From the NCBI GenBank assembly GCA_038087875.1, contig CM075996.1:5396001-5460000 (forward strand): 64,000 nt of DNA, given 5' to 3'. The DNA is from Malacoraja senta. Lineage: Eukaryota. Both the position numbers and the translations under genes were made by a program. Positions within the stretch are counted from its first letter, which is position 1; each line of letters begins with the position of its first letter. Positions 47,947 to 60,143 of this stretch are shown in pieces. The notes under the pieces are model-generated. The model was not told the origin of the DNA. It did not search any database and saw only the letters and a program-made list of their open reading frames with translations.

Positions 47947-50900
47947 GTAAGAACAGTTTGATTTTAAGACCAACCCTGTTTTGCCAGGCCTGCTGGTGCT
48001 TGGTCAATAGACTGTGACCTCTTGATAGCTGAGATAGCGGTGACCTGTTGATAGAGCAGCAAGGATGCGCAGTGGTAGAGTTGCTGCCTTACTGCACCGG
48101 AGACCTGGGTTCGATCCTGACCAGGGGTGCCTGTCTGTACGGAGTTTGTACATTCTCCGTTTCCTGCGTGGGTTTTCTCCGGGATCTCCGGTTTCCTCCC
48201 ACGCTCCAAAGACATCCAGGTTTTTAGGTTAATTGGCTTGGTATATTTGTAAATTGTCGCTGGAGTGTGTAGGATAGCGTTGATGTGCGGGGATCAGTGG
48301 TCGGCACAGACTCGGTGGGCCGAAGTGCCTGTTTCCTTGCTGTATCTGTAAACTTAACTCAACCAAATCTGCAAGGGACTTATCTGAACACATTATTGAT
48401 TTTTTATTGAAATCAAGAAAAACTACAGGTGCTGGAAATCTGCACCACAAAAACTGGAAACGCTCACCAGGTCGGGCAGTATCTGCGGAAAGAGAAACTG
48501 ACATAAAGTGCTGGAGTAACTCGGTGAATCAGCGAGCATCTCTGGAGGACTTGAATATGGAACATTTTGGGTCAGAACCTTTGTTCAGACTGCAGTTCCT
48601 TCGTTTGACATTTTCTCCACAGCAAATTCTCCTCAAGATATGCCTACTTTGAAGTTTCCCCCCTCTCTCCGGCAGGGGTTCTGTAAGACCTCTGACGTTT
48701 TGGGTCAGGACGCTTTTTCAGACTGTTTAAGAAGGAACTGCAGATGCTGGAAAATCGAAGGTAGACAAAAATGCTGGAGAAACTCAGCGGGTGAGGCAGC
48801 ATCTATGGAGCGAAGGAAATAGGCAACGTTTCGGGTCGAAACCCTTCTTCAGACCCGAAACGTTGCCTATTTCCTTCGCTCCATAGATGCTGCCTCACTT
48901 GCTGAGTTTCTCCAGCATTTTTGTCTACTCCCGCTTCTTTAGACTGATTGTTGTAGGGGGGAAGGAAGCTGGAAACGAGATTGGGGGGGAGACAAAGCTT
49001 GGCAGGAAAGTTAATTTCAGGCTGAACACTGTTCTGCAAAACTGAAAGAAAATAATAGTTACGGGGAGAGATGGGATAAAGGGAATATTTCTGATATCTT
49101 GGGCTCGGGATTCTGTAATAGGCTGCTGACGAAGCCACCTGGTTGATAGATTAGTGAGGGTACTTAGAGAGGGAGAGAAAACAAAGGAATATGAAAAGGC
49201 TGTGAAGTGCAGACCAGAGTGGTAGGCCTGGGTAGAGTGGATGCGGAGAGGATGTTTCCACTCAGTGGCAGAGTCTAGGACCAGAGGGCATGGCCTCAGA
49301 ATAAAAGGATGTAGCTTTAGAAAGGAGATAAGAAGGAATTAATTTAGTCAGAGGGTGGTGAATCTGTGGAATTCTTGGCCTCAGAAGGCTGTGGAGGCCG
49401 TCAATGGATATTTTTAAGGCGTAGATTGATAAGATTCTTGATCAGTAAGTGTGTCGGGGGTTATGGGGCGATGGCAGGACAATGGGGTTGAGAGGGGAAA
49501 GATTGATCGGCCATGATTGAATGAATGGTGGAATAGACCAAATGCGCCGAGTGGCCTAATTCTGAACTTATGAACTACGAAATGCCCAGCCCATCAGGCG
49601 GCATCAGTGGAGAGGGAAACAGCCTTGTGTAATGTTGTAGATGGGTATCCAACAGCTTAACTGGCCATTTCTGATACAAACAGAGAAAGCGAGTCACCTA
49701 GGAATAGTTGAAATCAATATCATGTTCTGAAGACCGCAGAATGTTATATGATGTGCCGGGTCTGAGTGGAACTGTGCAGGAAGGAATGCACGGATTAGTT
49801 TAGTGATACCGCCTAGAAACAGGCCCTTCAGCCCAGGGAGTCGGCGCCGACCAGCGATCCCCACACAATGGGGGGGCATTTTACAATTTTAACCAAAGCC
49901 AAATAACCTACAAACCTGTTCGTCTTGATCAATGGTGTTTTATCATTAATGTTTTATTATTATTAATTAATGTTTAGTGTTTTCTGAGTCATTCGTAACT
50001 GTCACTATGTCATGTTGTTACTTGTGGGCGGAGCACCAAGGCAAATTCCTTGTATGTGAATACTTGGCCAATAAACTTACTTACTGGTGGTGGAGAAAAC
50101 CCACACAGGTCACGGGGTGAACGTACAAACTCTGTACAGCCAGCACCCGTAGTCGGGGTCGAACGCGGGTCTCTGGCGCTGTGAGGCAGCAAATCTACCG
50201 CCGTGCTGCCAAGGAATGGGGAATTAGAGCTAATTAAATGTAATGAACAGACTTTTATTGTGTGTACTGTAGATGGATGGGGATGGGGTATCATTAGATT
50301 ATAAATTGGCCACAATATTACTGCCTGCATGCGATAACATTCAGAGTTTGAGAGCTACAAGATGCTGAGTATTTTTATACATGCAACCGAGCATAACATT
50401 TACAGAAACAGACAAAACACCTGCTTACTGCATTGTGGCTAATTACTGTTAGGTCTTGTGATCTCATCCTAGGCATAAAGTCATAAATCAGGGAGAAAGC
50501 AAGAGAATGGGGTGAAGAGGGAAAGATCGATCAGCCGTGATTGGATGGCAGAGTAGACTTGATGGGCCGAATGGCCTAAGCTCCTATCACCTGTGAACTT
50601 CTGAAAATGTATATTTTCTTTAGTTTTGCAGGCTGCATTTTGGATTGTAAATTGCAGCATCTTCAGTAATAATCCTCTCAACAGATTCCCCATTAAAATG
50701 CAGATGCTGAGAGTGTACAGTATTCCCTGCGGTAATGGAGCTAGCCTTGGTTGTTCTTACAGCCTGCCTGCCTACTAAAGGCAGAAATTACTGCCTGTTG
50801 GCTGTGTGGGCATGGTTTTAATGCAATGATGTTGTTGTTTTTTCCTGCAGAGGATAGTCAGATGAAGATGTGATTCATTTTGTGCTGACAGTTTGAGTTG

Positions 50901-51145
50901 CTTGCTCAGTAGTGAGTGAGTAGGTCTTTGTTGAGAAGGTTTTTCAGTTTGTCATTGTTAACACTCTTCCTATTCTGGCTTAAAATTTAGGTTTCCGTCT
51001 TCATACCTAAAATTCATGCCTTTGACATCCCCAACATTAAAAATAATATAATTCCAACTCGGTGCATAGCGAGCACAGCTTGTAATGTGCAGAAAGAAAT
51101 TGCACCAGTGTATTCAGCACAACAGCTGAATGCAGACATCTCTAA

Positions 51146-51417
51146 AGGGCCTGTCCCACTTACGTGATTTTTTTCAGCGACTGCCAACACCTGTCATAGT
51201 CGCAGCAGGTCTGCAAAAATCCAACGGCGTCCAGAAAAGGGCACGACTCTTTAGGCAACTACTCACGACCATATGGGCGTCACCCCGCGACATGCCTGAA
51301 AGAGTCGGATCTTTTTCTGGTCGCCGCTGGATTTTCAACATGTTGAAAATTTTCGGAGACCTGCTGCAACTGTGCCGGCAAGTCGCCGAAAAAAATCGCG
51401 TAAGTGGGACAGGTCCT
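51146..51417. mobile_element. PIF/Harbinger-like MITE
   Basis: TIR AGGGCCTGTCCCACTTACG / CGTAAGTGGGACAGGTCCT, TAA / TTA flanks. Confidence 0.75.
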
Positions 51418-53348
51418 TTACTTCCACAATATGTGTTTTATTTTGGCTAGTTAGTTTGGGTTTGAGGCGTACGTACGCTGGATATTGCGGGTTCCTCAAT
51501 TTGTAATGAGCCAAAGGTACAAAATGCTGAAGGATCTTAGTCGGCGTGGATGACTTTATGCTGTCTGCCTCCATGTGACTGCCCTGAATCTCTGAGCTGC
51601 ATTTAAACTGCATATTAAAATAACCTACTTGTGAGCTGTAGTTGATTGACCCTGCCGCTTATTAATTCTCTTTACTAGCAGCTTGTAAAGGAAAAAACAT
51701 GATCATTCTGCTACGATCGCTCTCGCGTACTCCTAAATGAATCAACCATAAATTGTAGTCTCTTGGATTTATTGCTGTTGGGTAAATGGTTCCCTTGCCA
51801 CCCACCAGGGGCTGGATCCTGCACTCTCTTCCCTTCCCTCCACTTCACCCAGAGGCCCTGGATTCCGTGCTCCTTCCTGCCCGCTGGGTCCCGGTTCCTC
51901 TGCACCTGCTTCCCGCCTGGCTACTTTGGGAGTACTGAACCATTTGACAAACTGGGCCTGCTGTAACGTGTCTGGATGTACCTCGGGGGGGGGGGGGGGG
52001 GGGAATGGGTTAAGCATGCCAACCAGGTACAGTGACGTGCAACAGAATGAGAGGAGGTTCAATTGGAGAGCAGTTCAGTCCATCTGGGCTGACTGGCCTG
52101 TTTCCCATTCTACACATTGACTTTAATATTGGCGTGAAGACAATAGACAATAGGTGCAGGAGTAGGTCATTTGGCCCTTTGAGCCAGCACCACCATTCAA
52201 TGTGATCATGGCTGATCTTCCCCAATCAGTACCCCGTTCCTGCCTTCTCCCCATATCTCCTGACTCCACTATTTTTAAGAGCCCTATCTAGCTCTCTCTT
52301 GCAAGCATCCAGAGAACCTGCCTCCACTGCCCTCTGAGGCAGAGAATTCCACAGACTCACCACTCTCTGTGAGAAAAAGTGTTTCCTCGTCTCCGTTCTA
52401 AATGGCTTACACCTTATTCTTAAACTGTGCTCCCTGGTTCTGGACTCCCCCAACATCGGGAACATGTTTCCTGCCTCTAGCGTGTCCAAGCCCTTAACAA
52501 TCTTATACGTTTCAATGAGATACCCTCTCATCCTTCTAAAATCCAGAGTGTACAAGCCCAGCTGCTCCATTCATCATCCTTCTATTTCTGGATTTATTGT
52601 GCTATCATAATTGGTTGGACCAGTTCTGCCTTCATTTGTTTATATATTAAGGGATGGGATAAGCCGTCTGCCCATCCTGTGGGATATTCCCTTGTGTGGG
52701 AATCTTTAATGCCTGTGACGTTTGCTTCCCAGCAGCTCTCAGCATGAACAGATGCCGTTCTCCTGTACCAGACTTCCATTTAATTTGGTTACTCAATCAG
52801 CTATCTGTACCTTTTTATCGTAAACGTCTTGTCTCTTTTTTTTGCTTGACTACTCGAAGTCGTCTTGGTAAATGTTTTTAATTTTGCTCGTGTTTCTTTG
52901 AACTGTTTAAAAGTTTACCCGTCAGTGCAATGAGGCCCAGGAAAATACAATTTTCTTGGGCTCCAATCAGGTGCATCCAAGGTGTAAAAGACAGGATGAT
53001 AGGTAGACAGAAATGCTGGAGAAACTCAGCAGGTGAGGCAGCATCTATCGAGTGAAGGAAATAGGCAACGTTTCGGGTCGAGACCCTTCTTTAAGCAGGA
53101 TGGTAAATTTTTTCTTATAAGCTGCTTGTAAAGAGCGTGGGGATGATCAATCACAGCTCACAAACTGAAGGGTTTTTTTCCCATAGAGTTCAAATGCAGT
53201 TTTTAATAGTTTTTCTTTCATTCTACACTCAATTTTATTTTCGTCGTCCTTTACATTCTCAGTGTCATGGGCTGAGGTTTATTATGGCCACGTGTACCAA
53301 GGTACAGTGGAGAGCTTTGTTTAATATACTCTCCAATCAAATCGGATG

Positions 53349-53588
53349 ATACTATATATATATATACATATATATACATATATATACATATATATACATA
53401 TATATACATATATATACATATATATACATATATATACATATATATATATACATATATATACATATATATACATATACATATACATATATATACATATACA
53501 TATACATATATATACATATATATATACATATATATATACATATATATATACATATATATATACATATATATATACATATATATATACA

Positions 53589-53664
<76 letters not shown>

Positions 53665-53672
53665 CATACATA
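53349..53672. repeat. Compound (TA)n/(TACA) microsatellite abutting the Tc1 left end
   Basis: About 320 bp of TATATATACA-type units. Confidence 0.98.
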
Positions 53673-55210
53673 CAGTGGCTTGCAAAAGTATTCATACCCC
53701 TTGAACTTTTCCACATTTTGTCACGTCACAACCACAAACGTAAATGTATTTTATTGGGATTTTATGTGATAGACCAACACAAAGTGGCGCATAATTGTGA
53801 AGTGGAAAGAAAATGATACATGGTTTTCAAATTTTTTTACAAATAAAAAACTGAAAAGTGTCGTGTGCAAAAGTATATAGCCCCCTTTACTCTGATACCC
53901 CTAAATAAAATCCAGTGCAACCAATTGCCTTCAGAAGTCACCTAATTAGTAAATAGAGTCCACTTGTGTGTAATCTAATCTGAGTATAAATATAGCTGTG
54001 AAGGCCTCAGAGGTTTGTTAGAGAACATTAGTGAACAAACAGCATCATGAAGCCCAAGGGACACACCAGACACGTCAGGGATAAAGTTGTGGAGAAGTTT
54101 AAAGCAGGGTTCGGTTATAAAAAAATATCCCAAGCTTTGAACATCTCACGGAGCACTGTTCAATCCATCATCCGAAAATGGAAAGAGTATGGCACAACTG
54201 CAAACCTACCAAGACATGGCCGTCCATCTAAACTGACAGGCCAGGCAAGGAGAGCATTGATCAAAGAAGCAGCCAAGAGGCCCATGGTAACTCTGGAGGA
54301 GCTGCAGAAATCCACAGCTCAGGTGGGAGAATCTGTCCACAGGACAACTATTAGTCGTGCACTCCACAAATCGGGCCTTTATGGAAGAGTGGCAAGAAGA
54401 AAGCCATTGTTGAAAAAAAGCCATAAGAAGTCCCGTTTGCAGTTTGCCACAAGCCATGTGGGGGACACAGCAAACATGTGGTGGAAGGTGCTCTGGTCAG
54501 ATGAGACCAAAATTGAAGTTTTTGGCCTAAATGAAAAACGCTATGTGTGGCGGAAACCTAACACTGCACATCACCCTGAAAACACCATCCCCACTGTGAA
54601 ACATGGTGGTGGCAGCATCATGCTGTGGGGATGCTTTTCTTCAGCAGGGACAGGGAAGCTGGTCAGAGTTGATGGGAAGATGGATGGAGCCAAATACAGG
54701 GCAATCTTGGAAGAAAACCTGTTAGAGTCTGCAAAAGACTTGAGACTGGGGCGGAGGTTCACCTTCCAGCAGGACAACGACCCTAAACATACAGCCAGAG
54801 CTACAATGGAATGGTTTAGATCAAAGCATATTCATGTGTTAGAATGGCCCAGTCAAAGTCCAGACCTAAATCCAATTGAGAATCTGTGGCAAGACTTGAA
54901 AATTGCTGTTCACAGACGCTCTCCATCCAATCTGACTGAGCTTTAGCTATTTTGCAAAGAAGAATGGGCAAAAATTTCAGTCTCTAGATGTGCAAAGCTG
55001 GTAGAGACATACCCCAAAAGACTTGCAGCGAAAGGTGGTTCTACAAAGTATTGACTCGGGGGGGCTGAATACTTTTGCACGCGACACTTCACAATTATGC
55101 ACCACTTTGTGTTGGTCTATCACATAAAATCCCAATAAAATACATTTACGTTTGTGGTTGTAACGTGACAAAATGTGGAAACGTTCAAGGGGTATGAAAA
55201 CTTTTGCAAG
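53673..55210 (+). mobile_element. Tc1-family (DD34E) transposon with a nearly intact transposase
   Basis: TA|CAGTGGCTTGCAAAAGTATTCATACCCC left TIR and a matching right TIR missing its last few nt. The 299-aa ORF at 54047-54946 has WSDETK, QQDNDPKH and SPDLNPIE and ends at a premature TAG. Confidence 0.96.
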
Positions 55211-55277
55211 TACAATAGGTAGTGCAAGAGAAAGATGCAGCGTGCAGAATGTGGTTCTCAACATTGTACAAGATCAA

Positions 55278-55687
55278 GTTGAAGAGAGTTTATTGTCATG
55301 TGTCCCTGATAGGACAATGAAATTCTTGCTTTGCTTCAGCACAACAGAACATAGTAGGCATTGACTACAAAACAGATCAGTGTGTCCATATACCATTATA
55401 TAAATATATACACACATGAATAAATAAAACCGATAAAGTGCAAATAAACAGATAATGGGCTATTAATGTTCAGAGTTTTGTCCGAGCCGAGTTTAATAGC
55501 CTGATGGCTGTGGGGAAGTAGCTATTCCTGAACCTGGTCGTTGCAGTCTTCAGGCTCCTGTACCTTCTACCTGAAGGTAGCAGGGAGATGAATGTGTGGC
55601 CCGGATGGTGTGGGTCCTTGATGATGCTGCCAGCCTTTTTGAGGCAGCGACTGTGATAGATCCCCTCGATGGGAGGGAGGTCAGGGG
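55278..55687 (-). mobile_element. Rex1/Babar-type LINE 3' end
   Basis: ORF ...RCLKKAGSIIKDPHHPGH...SGRRYRSL...AIRLLN. Nearly identical to the 42.3-42.7 kb copy. Confidence 0.8.
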
Positions 55688-56045
55688 AGTCATAGAGTGA
55701 TACAGTGTGGAAACAGGCCGTTCGGCTCAACTTGTGCAAAGATTGGGGAGAGAGGGTGGGAAGGGGGGGAGGAGAGGGAGTCGGTCTACCCCACAACAGA
55801 AGGGGAGGAGTTGTACAGTTTGATTGCTGCAGGGAAGAAGGATCTGCTGTGGCGTTCTATAACAACATTGAAAAGACATTTGGACAGGAAAGGGTTAGAG
55901 GGATGTGGGTCACAGGCGGGCAGGTGGGACTAGTGCAGGTGGGGAACCTTGGTCAGCATGGACAAGTTGAGCTGAAGGGCCTGTTTCTGTGCTGTATGAC
56001 TCTGTGTCTGTGCCAGTACTAAACAACGTTGTTTCTGTCTTATAG

Positions 56046-56203
56046 GTCTGATCGGCAGCTGCACCAACAGCAGTTATGAGGATATGGGCCGTTCAGCTGC
56101 TGTGGCACAGCAGGCAATCAAGCACGGGCTGAAGTGCAAGTCCCAGTTCACCGTAACCCCGGGCTCCGAGCAGATCCGTGCTACCATTGAGAGAGATGGA
56201 TAT
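56046..56203 (+). CDS. ACO2: ACO2 exon 10 ([20 protein letters not shown]...[17 protein letters not shown]), first 4Fe-4S ligand Cys
   Basis: ttatag| ... TAT|gtgagt, 158 nt, IGSCTN aconitase signature. Confidence 0.97.
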
Positions 56204-56320
56204 GTGAGTATGCAAGTGCACTTCTGAACCAAGGGAACTTCACTGACATCCAGATTAGTCAGATTCATAAGGCTATTGAATTTCTATGCACTAACCTTCA
56301 CATAATTTCCACATGCCTCA

Positions 56321-56720
56321 TCCATATGTTACCAAAACTCTCATCTTGTTTGTTTGTACCTATATTTGTTCCCGAAACTCCGCAAAACGGGAAAACGATA
56401 GCGCAACAATTTTAGGCCCCCCTTCCCAATGTCCTGCGATGTGAACTAGCAAGTTTTGTTCAGATTGATGTTATATTTTACAAGTTATTGACTTTTTAAA
56501 CTTTAATAAACCTGGCAGTCGCGCTCCCACTTGCCGGCCACGCTGCACAGTTGGGGAGGGTTGCCATGGCGTCACAACGGGAACCTGTTAGCCGCGCGTG
56601 CGCGGTCGGGGGAGGGTTGCCGGGCCTTCCGCCATTTTGAGATCGACATTTTGACTCGCGTCACAACGGGGATCTCTGGCGTCGTCAAACGGGGGCCCAA
56701 CGGGTCCACCGGCCGTCTAG
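56321..56720 (+). mobile_element. Non-autonomous Helitron-like element
   Basis: A|TCCATATGTTACCAAAACT 5' end, hairpin GGGCCC-AAC-GGGTCC (56693-56707), CTAG|T 3' end. Confidence 0.7.
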
Positions 56721-57102
56721 TTTAATAATAAACCTGCCTGCAGCGATGGCCCAAAATTCTTTTGAGCAGTTGACGCTGTCGTTGGAAAGATGGGGCGGAT
56801 GGATGGGAAAGGGCAGGAATGATGGAGTGAATTTATATTTTATCCTGTGCTTTCAAATTGGGATCAGACAGACTTGCACAGGGTTGCAAGTGTAGGTATG
56901 TGGCTTTTAAATTTGGAACAAAAATAAAGAATGCAGCAATACCTACCACTTTCAAAATTCCCCAGTTTGGAGTGTAATAAAGGCAGCCAATTAATCTGCA
57001 GAACATTTACTTTTAACTGCTAGATGATTTGGCCTTGTTTTTAAGTTCCGCAGCTTGAAGCAAGGGAGCATTGTACAAGGAGGTGCTTTGTTGTGAGCAT
57101 GA

Positions 57103-57228
<126 letters not shown>

Positions 57229-57370
57229 TAAAGTGTTTTCTTCTCATTGCACTGAGCCCGAGGGTCGTTCAGAAATGAGTTTATCTTGCCGACTGCAGTA
57301 CTGGTTGGTATTGTGCAGGATAAATGCTCGGCAATTCCAAGTTGGAGTTTACTCAGCAAGAAACTCTCCT

Positions 57371-57397
57371 CCCCCCCCCCCCCCCCCCCCCCCCCCC
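57371..57397. repeat. Poly-C run in ACO2 intron 11 (shorter C/G runs near 17535 and 51985)
   Basis: 27 consecutive C. Confidence 0.95.
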
Positions 57398-57568
57398 ACA
57401 AAAAGCTGCTGTTAGATCTTGCAGGTGATGCAAGATCTAACAGCAGGTCCGCAGGTCTCACTGAGCGTTTTCAGATTTCTGGTGCTTTGCCGTTCTTGTT
57501 TTTTTTACTACGGTTTAATCTACTCCTGAGCCTCACTTGATTCTGTACTTTAAAAAATTCCAATCAAG

Positions 57569-57680
57569 GAAGGACGTTAAGATGGGCGAGAAGAACACGA
57601 TTGTGACCTCTTACAACAGGAACTTCACTGGACGCAACGATGCCAACCCCGCCACCCACGCCTTCGTCACATCACCCGAG
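57569..57680 (+). CDS. ACO2: ACO2 exon 12 ([38 protein letters not shown]); gene truncated by the gap after this exon
   Basis: atcaag| ... GAG|gtaaaa, 112 nt, [11 protein letters not shown] motif. Confidence 0.96.
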
Positions 57681-57931
57681 GTAAAACACCACAACGCACG
57701 TGTTGCTGTGTTTTTAACTCTCAAACAAGTCCAGTGAAATACCCAGTCCAGACCAGACGTGATCAATTGCGTTCAACGGAATGGGAGAGAGAAGAAAGGT
57801 GGGAATGTAGGGTACGACAAGCATCGGAGGAGAATACTGACCCAATCCTTGCCCTTCCTTATCTCTGTGTCTCTCCCCCTCTCCCCTGACTCTCAGTCCG
57901 AAGAAGGATCTCGACCCGAAACGTCACCATG

Positions 57932-58131
57932 NNNNNNNNNNNNNNNNNNNNNNNNNNNNNNNNNNNNNNNNNNNNNNNNNNNNNNNNNNNNNNNNNNNNN
58001 NNNNNNNNNNNNNNNNNNNNNNNNNNNNNNNNNNNNNNNNNNNNNNNNNNNNNNNNNNNNNNNNNNNNNNNNNNNNNNNNNNNNNNNNNNNNNNNNNNNN
58101 NNNNNNNNNNNNNNNNNNNNNNNNNNNNNNN
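57932..58131. other. Assembly gap (200 N, placeholder size)
   Basis: Run of exactly 200 N. Confidence 0.99.
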
Positions 58132-58529
58132 GCTTCCGTCTCCGCACTAGTTATCTTTGCTCCGCTGTGATGGGATCTTTGGTGCGGAGACGGAAGCCGG
58201 TTACGGAAATGGGGCCGGAAATTACCCATGAATCTGCCTTGACCGTACTATGTCTTTTTCGTCGAGTGGACTATCTTGCTCTGCTATAGGATCTTTGATT
58301 CTGACTGAGGTGTAATCAATGGCTCGCTCGACAAGATAGTGTTCACGATTAGACAGCATACAATCCATGAATCAGTCCCAAAGGCAAACAATGACTTGCA
58401 TTTACATAGCTCCTCTCACGTACGGAAATATCGCAATGCCAGTCATGTGAGTGAGGTCATTCAAACATGAGACCTAGTAGGTCGAACTTGGGCGGGATGG
58501 GCAACAAAAGGTTTGGTCAGACAGAGAGG

Positions 58530-59100
58530 TGTCAGGGAACAGGTTTTGGGGAAGGGTGTGAAGGACCAAGACAGAGGAACAGGTTGGGGGGGGGAAGGGT
58601 GTTGGAGAACAGGTTGGGGGGGGGAAGAGTCAGGGAACAGGCTTAGAGGAAGGCTGTTAGGGAACAGACCTGGGGAAATGGTGTTTGATATGTGTAGGAA
58701 GGAACTGCAGATGCTGGTTTAAACTGAAGATAGACACAAAATGCTGGAGCAACTCAGGACAGGCAGCATCTCTGGAGGGAAGGAATGGGTGACGTTCAGG
58801 GTCGAGACCCTTACTCCAACATTTTGTGTCCATAAATGGTGTTAGGATCAGGTTTGGGAAGGGTTATGAAATAGGCTTAAAGGAAGGATGTTAGGGAACT
58901 GATCTGGGGAAAGGATGTTAGCATACAGGGAAAAGGTGTTAGGGAGGTTTGGGGAAATGGGAGAAGGAGATTTGAGGAAGAGTTATTGAGGAAGAGTGCA
59001 GGGGAACAGAGATTTTGGCAAGGGTGTTAGCGATGACAAGGTTTGTGGGAAAGGTGGGATGGGATTTAGGGAAGGAATCCTGATGTTTATGGAAGATTGT
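58530..59100. repeat. Degenerate G-rich minisatellite (GGAACAGG..TGGGGAAGGGTGTTA-like units) interrupted by a Penelope-derived repeat
   Basis: Recurrent gggaacagg / ggaagggtgtta motifs at ~25-30-bp spacing. Confidence 0.6.
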
Positions 59101-59867
59101 GGTGGGACATTTCAAATTGGGGGACATTAGTCCCACCTGCCCACGTTTGGTCCATATCCCTCCAAACCTGTCCTAACCACTTACCTGTCTGACTGTTTCT
59201 TAACGTTGAGATAGTTTGAACATTATTTCACGGCAGTGGGCTTAGAAACATAGAAAAATAGGTGCGGGGGTAGGCCATTCGGCCCTTCGAGCCAGCACCG
59301 CCATTCAATATGATCATGGCTGATCATCTAAAATCAGTACCCCGTTCCTGCTTTTCCCCCATACCCCTTGATTCCTTTAGCCCCAAGAGCTAAATCTAAT
59401 TCTCTCTTGAAAACATCCAGTGAATCGGCCTCCACTGCCTTCTGTGGCAGAGAATTCCACAGATTCACAACTCTCTGGGTGAAGAAGTTTTTCCTCATCT
59501 CAGTCCTAAATGGCCTACCCCTTATTCTTAAACTGTGGCCCCTGTTCTGGACTTCCCCCAACATCTCCCTTTTCCTAATCTGACACCATTCAGATAATAA
59601 TCTTCCTGTTCTTGCCACCAAAGTGGATAACCTGACATGTATCCACATTCTGAGGGTCTCAAAATGTGGATACATTGGAACTCCTGTTCCAATGTTAAAT
59701 GTGCTCGATCTGCACCAACAGCGAGAGGAGGCCGTCTTTGCTTGCCTACTTGTGCAGGAAGTGAACTGCAGATGCTGGTTTACACCGAAGACAGACACAA
59801 AACGCTGGAGTAACTCAGCGCGACAGGCAGGTTTCGGGGTCCAGACCCTTTCTTCAGACTGACCTAC

Positions 59868-59959
59868 CTGCGGGCCGGAGTGAGCGTCCCATCCACGTCA
59901 AAGAGGCAGAGAGTGTGAGGGTCGGGCCGGGACCGGGGTCGGGGCTGGGGCTGAGCCAT
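59868..59959 (-). CDS. PMM1: Phosphomannomutase 1 coding exon 1 (MAQPQPRPRSRPDPHTLCLFDVDGTLTPAR)
   Basis: HAD motif I FDVDGT. TLTPAR matches PMM1 rather than PMM2 (TLTAPR). AG|gtaggt donor, CpG-rich context, and synteny and orientation with PHF5A-ACO2 as in human 22q13. The exon appears 1 nt short of the expected phase (see findings). Confidence 0.85.
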
Positions 59960-60059
59960 CACAGCCCGAGGCGACCGCGTCCCGACTGCAACGTCCCAGC
60001 GGCGGTGGCTGCAGCTGCCCAGAGCAGGGAGAGAGCTCACACACTGACTCACACTGACT

Positions 60060-60143
60060 GGGACAGCGGGCGGGCAGAGCGGGCGGGCGGTCACATGCGG
60101 GGAAGTGGCTCACAGGCACGTAGCGGGCGGGGCGGGGCGGAGG
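60060..60143 (-). promoter_or_regulatory. Probable PMM1 proximal promoter with clustered GC boxes
   Basis: Tandem GGGCGG motifs (GCGGGCGGGGCGGGGCGGAGG) ~170 bp upstream of the PMM1 ATG, in a CpG-rich stretch. Confidence 0.6.

Noticed and set aside
53251..53816. YI/YM-repeat ORFs
   Set aside because: Translations of the TA/TACA microsatellite.
57759..58289. ORFs containing X runs
   Set aside because: They span the N gap and are artefactual.
59868..59959. Assignment as PMM2
   Set aside because: The TLTPAR sequence and linkage to ACO2/PHF5A favour PMM1.
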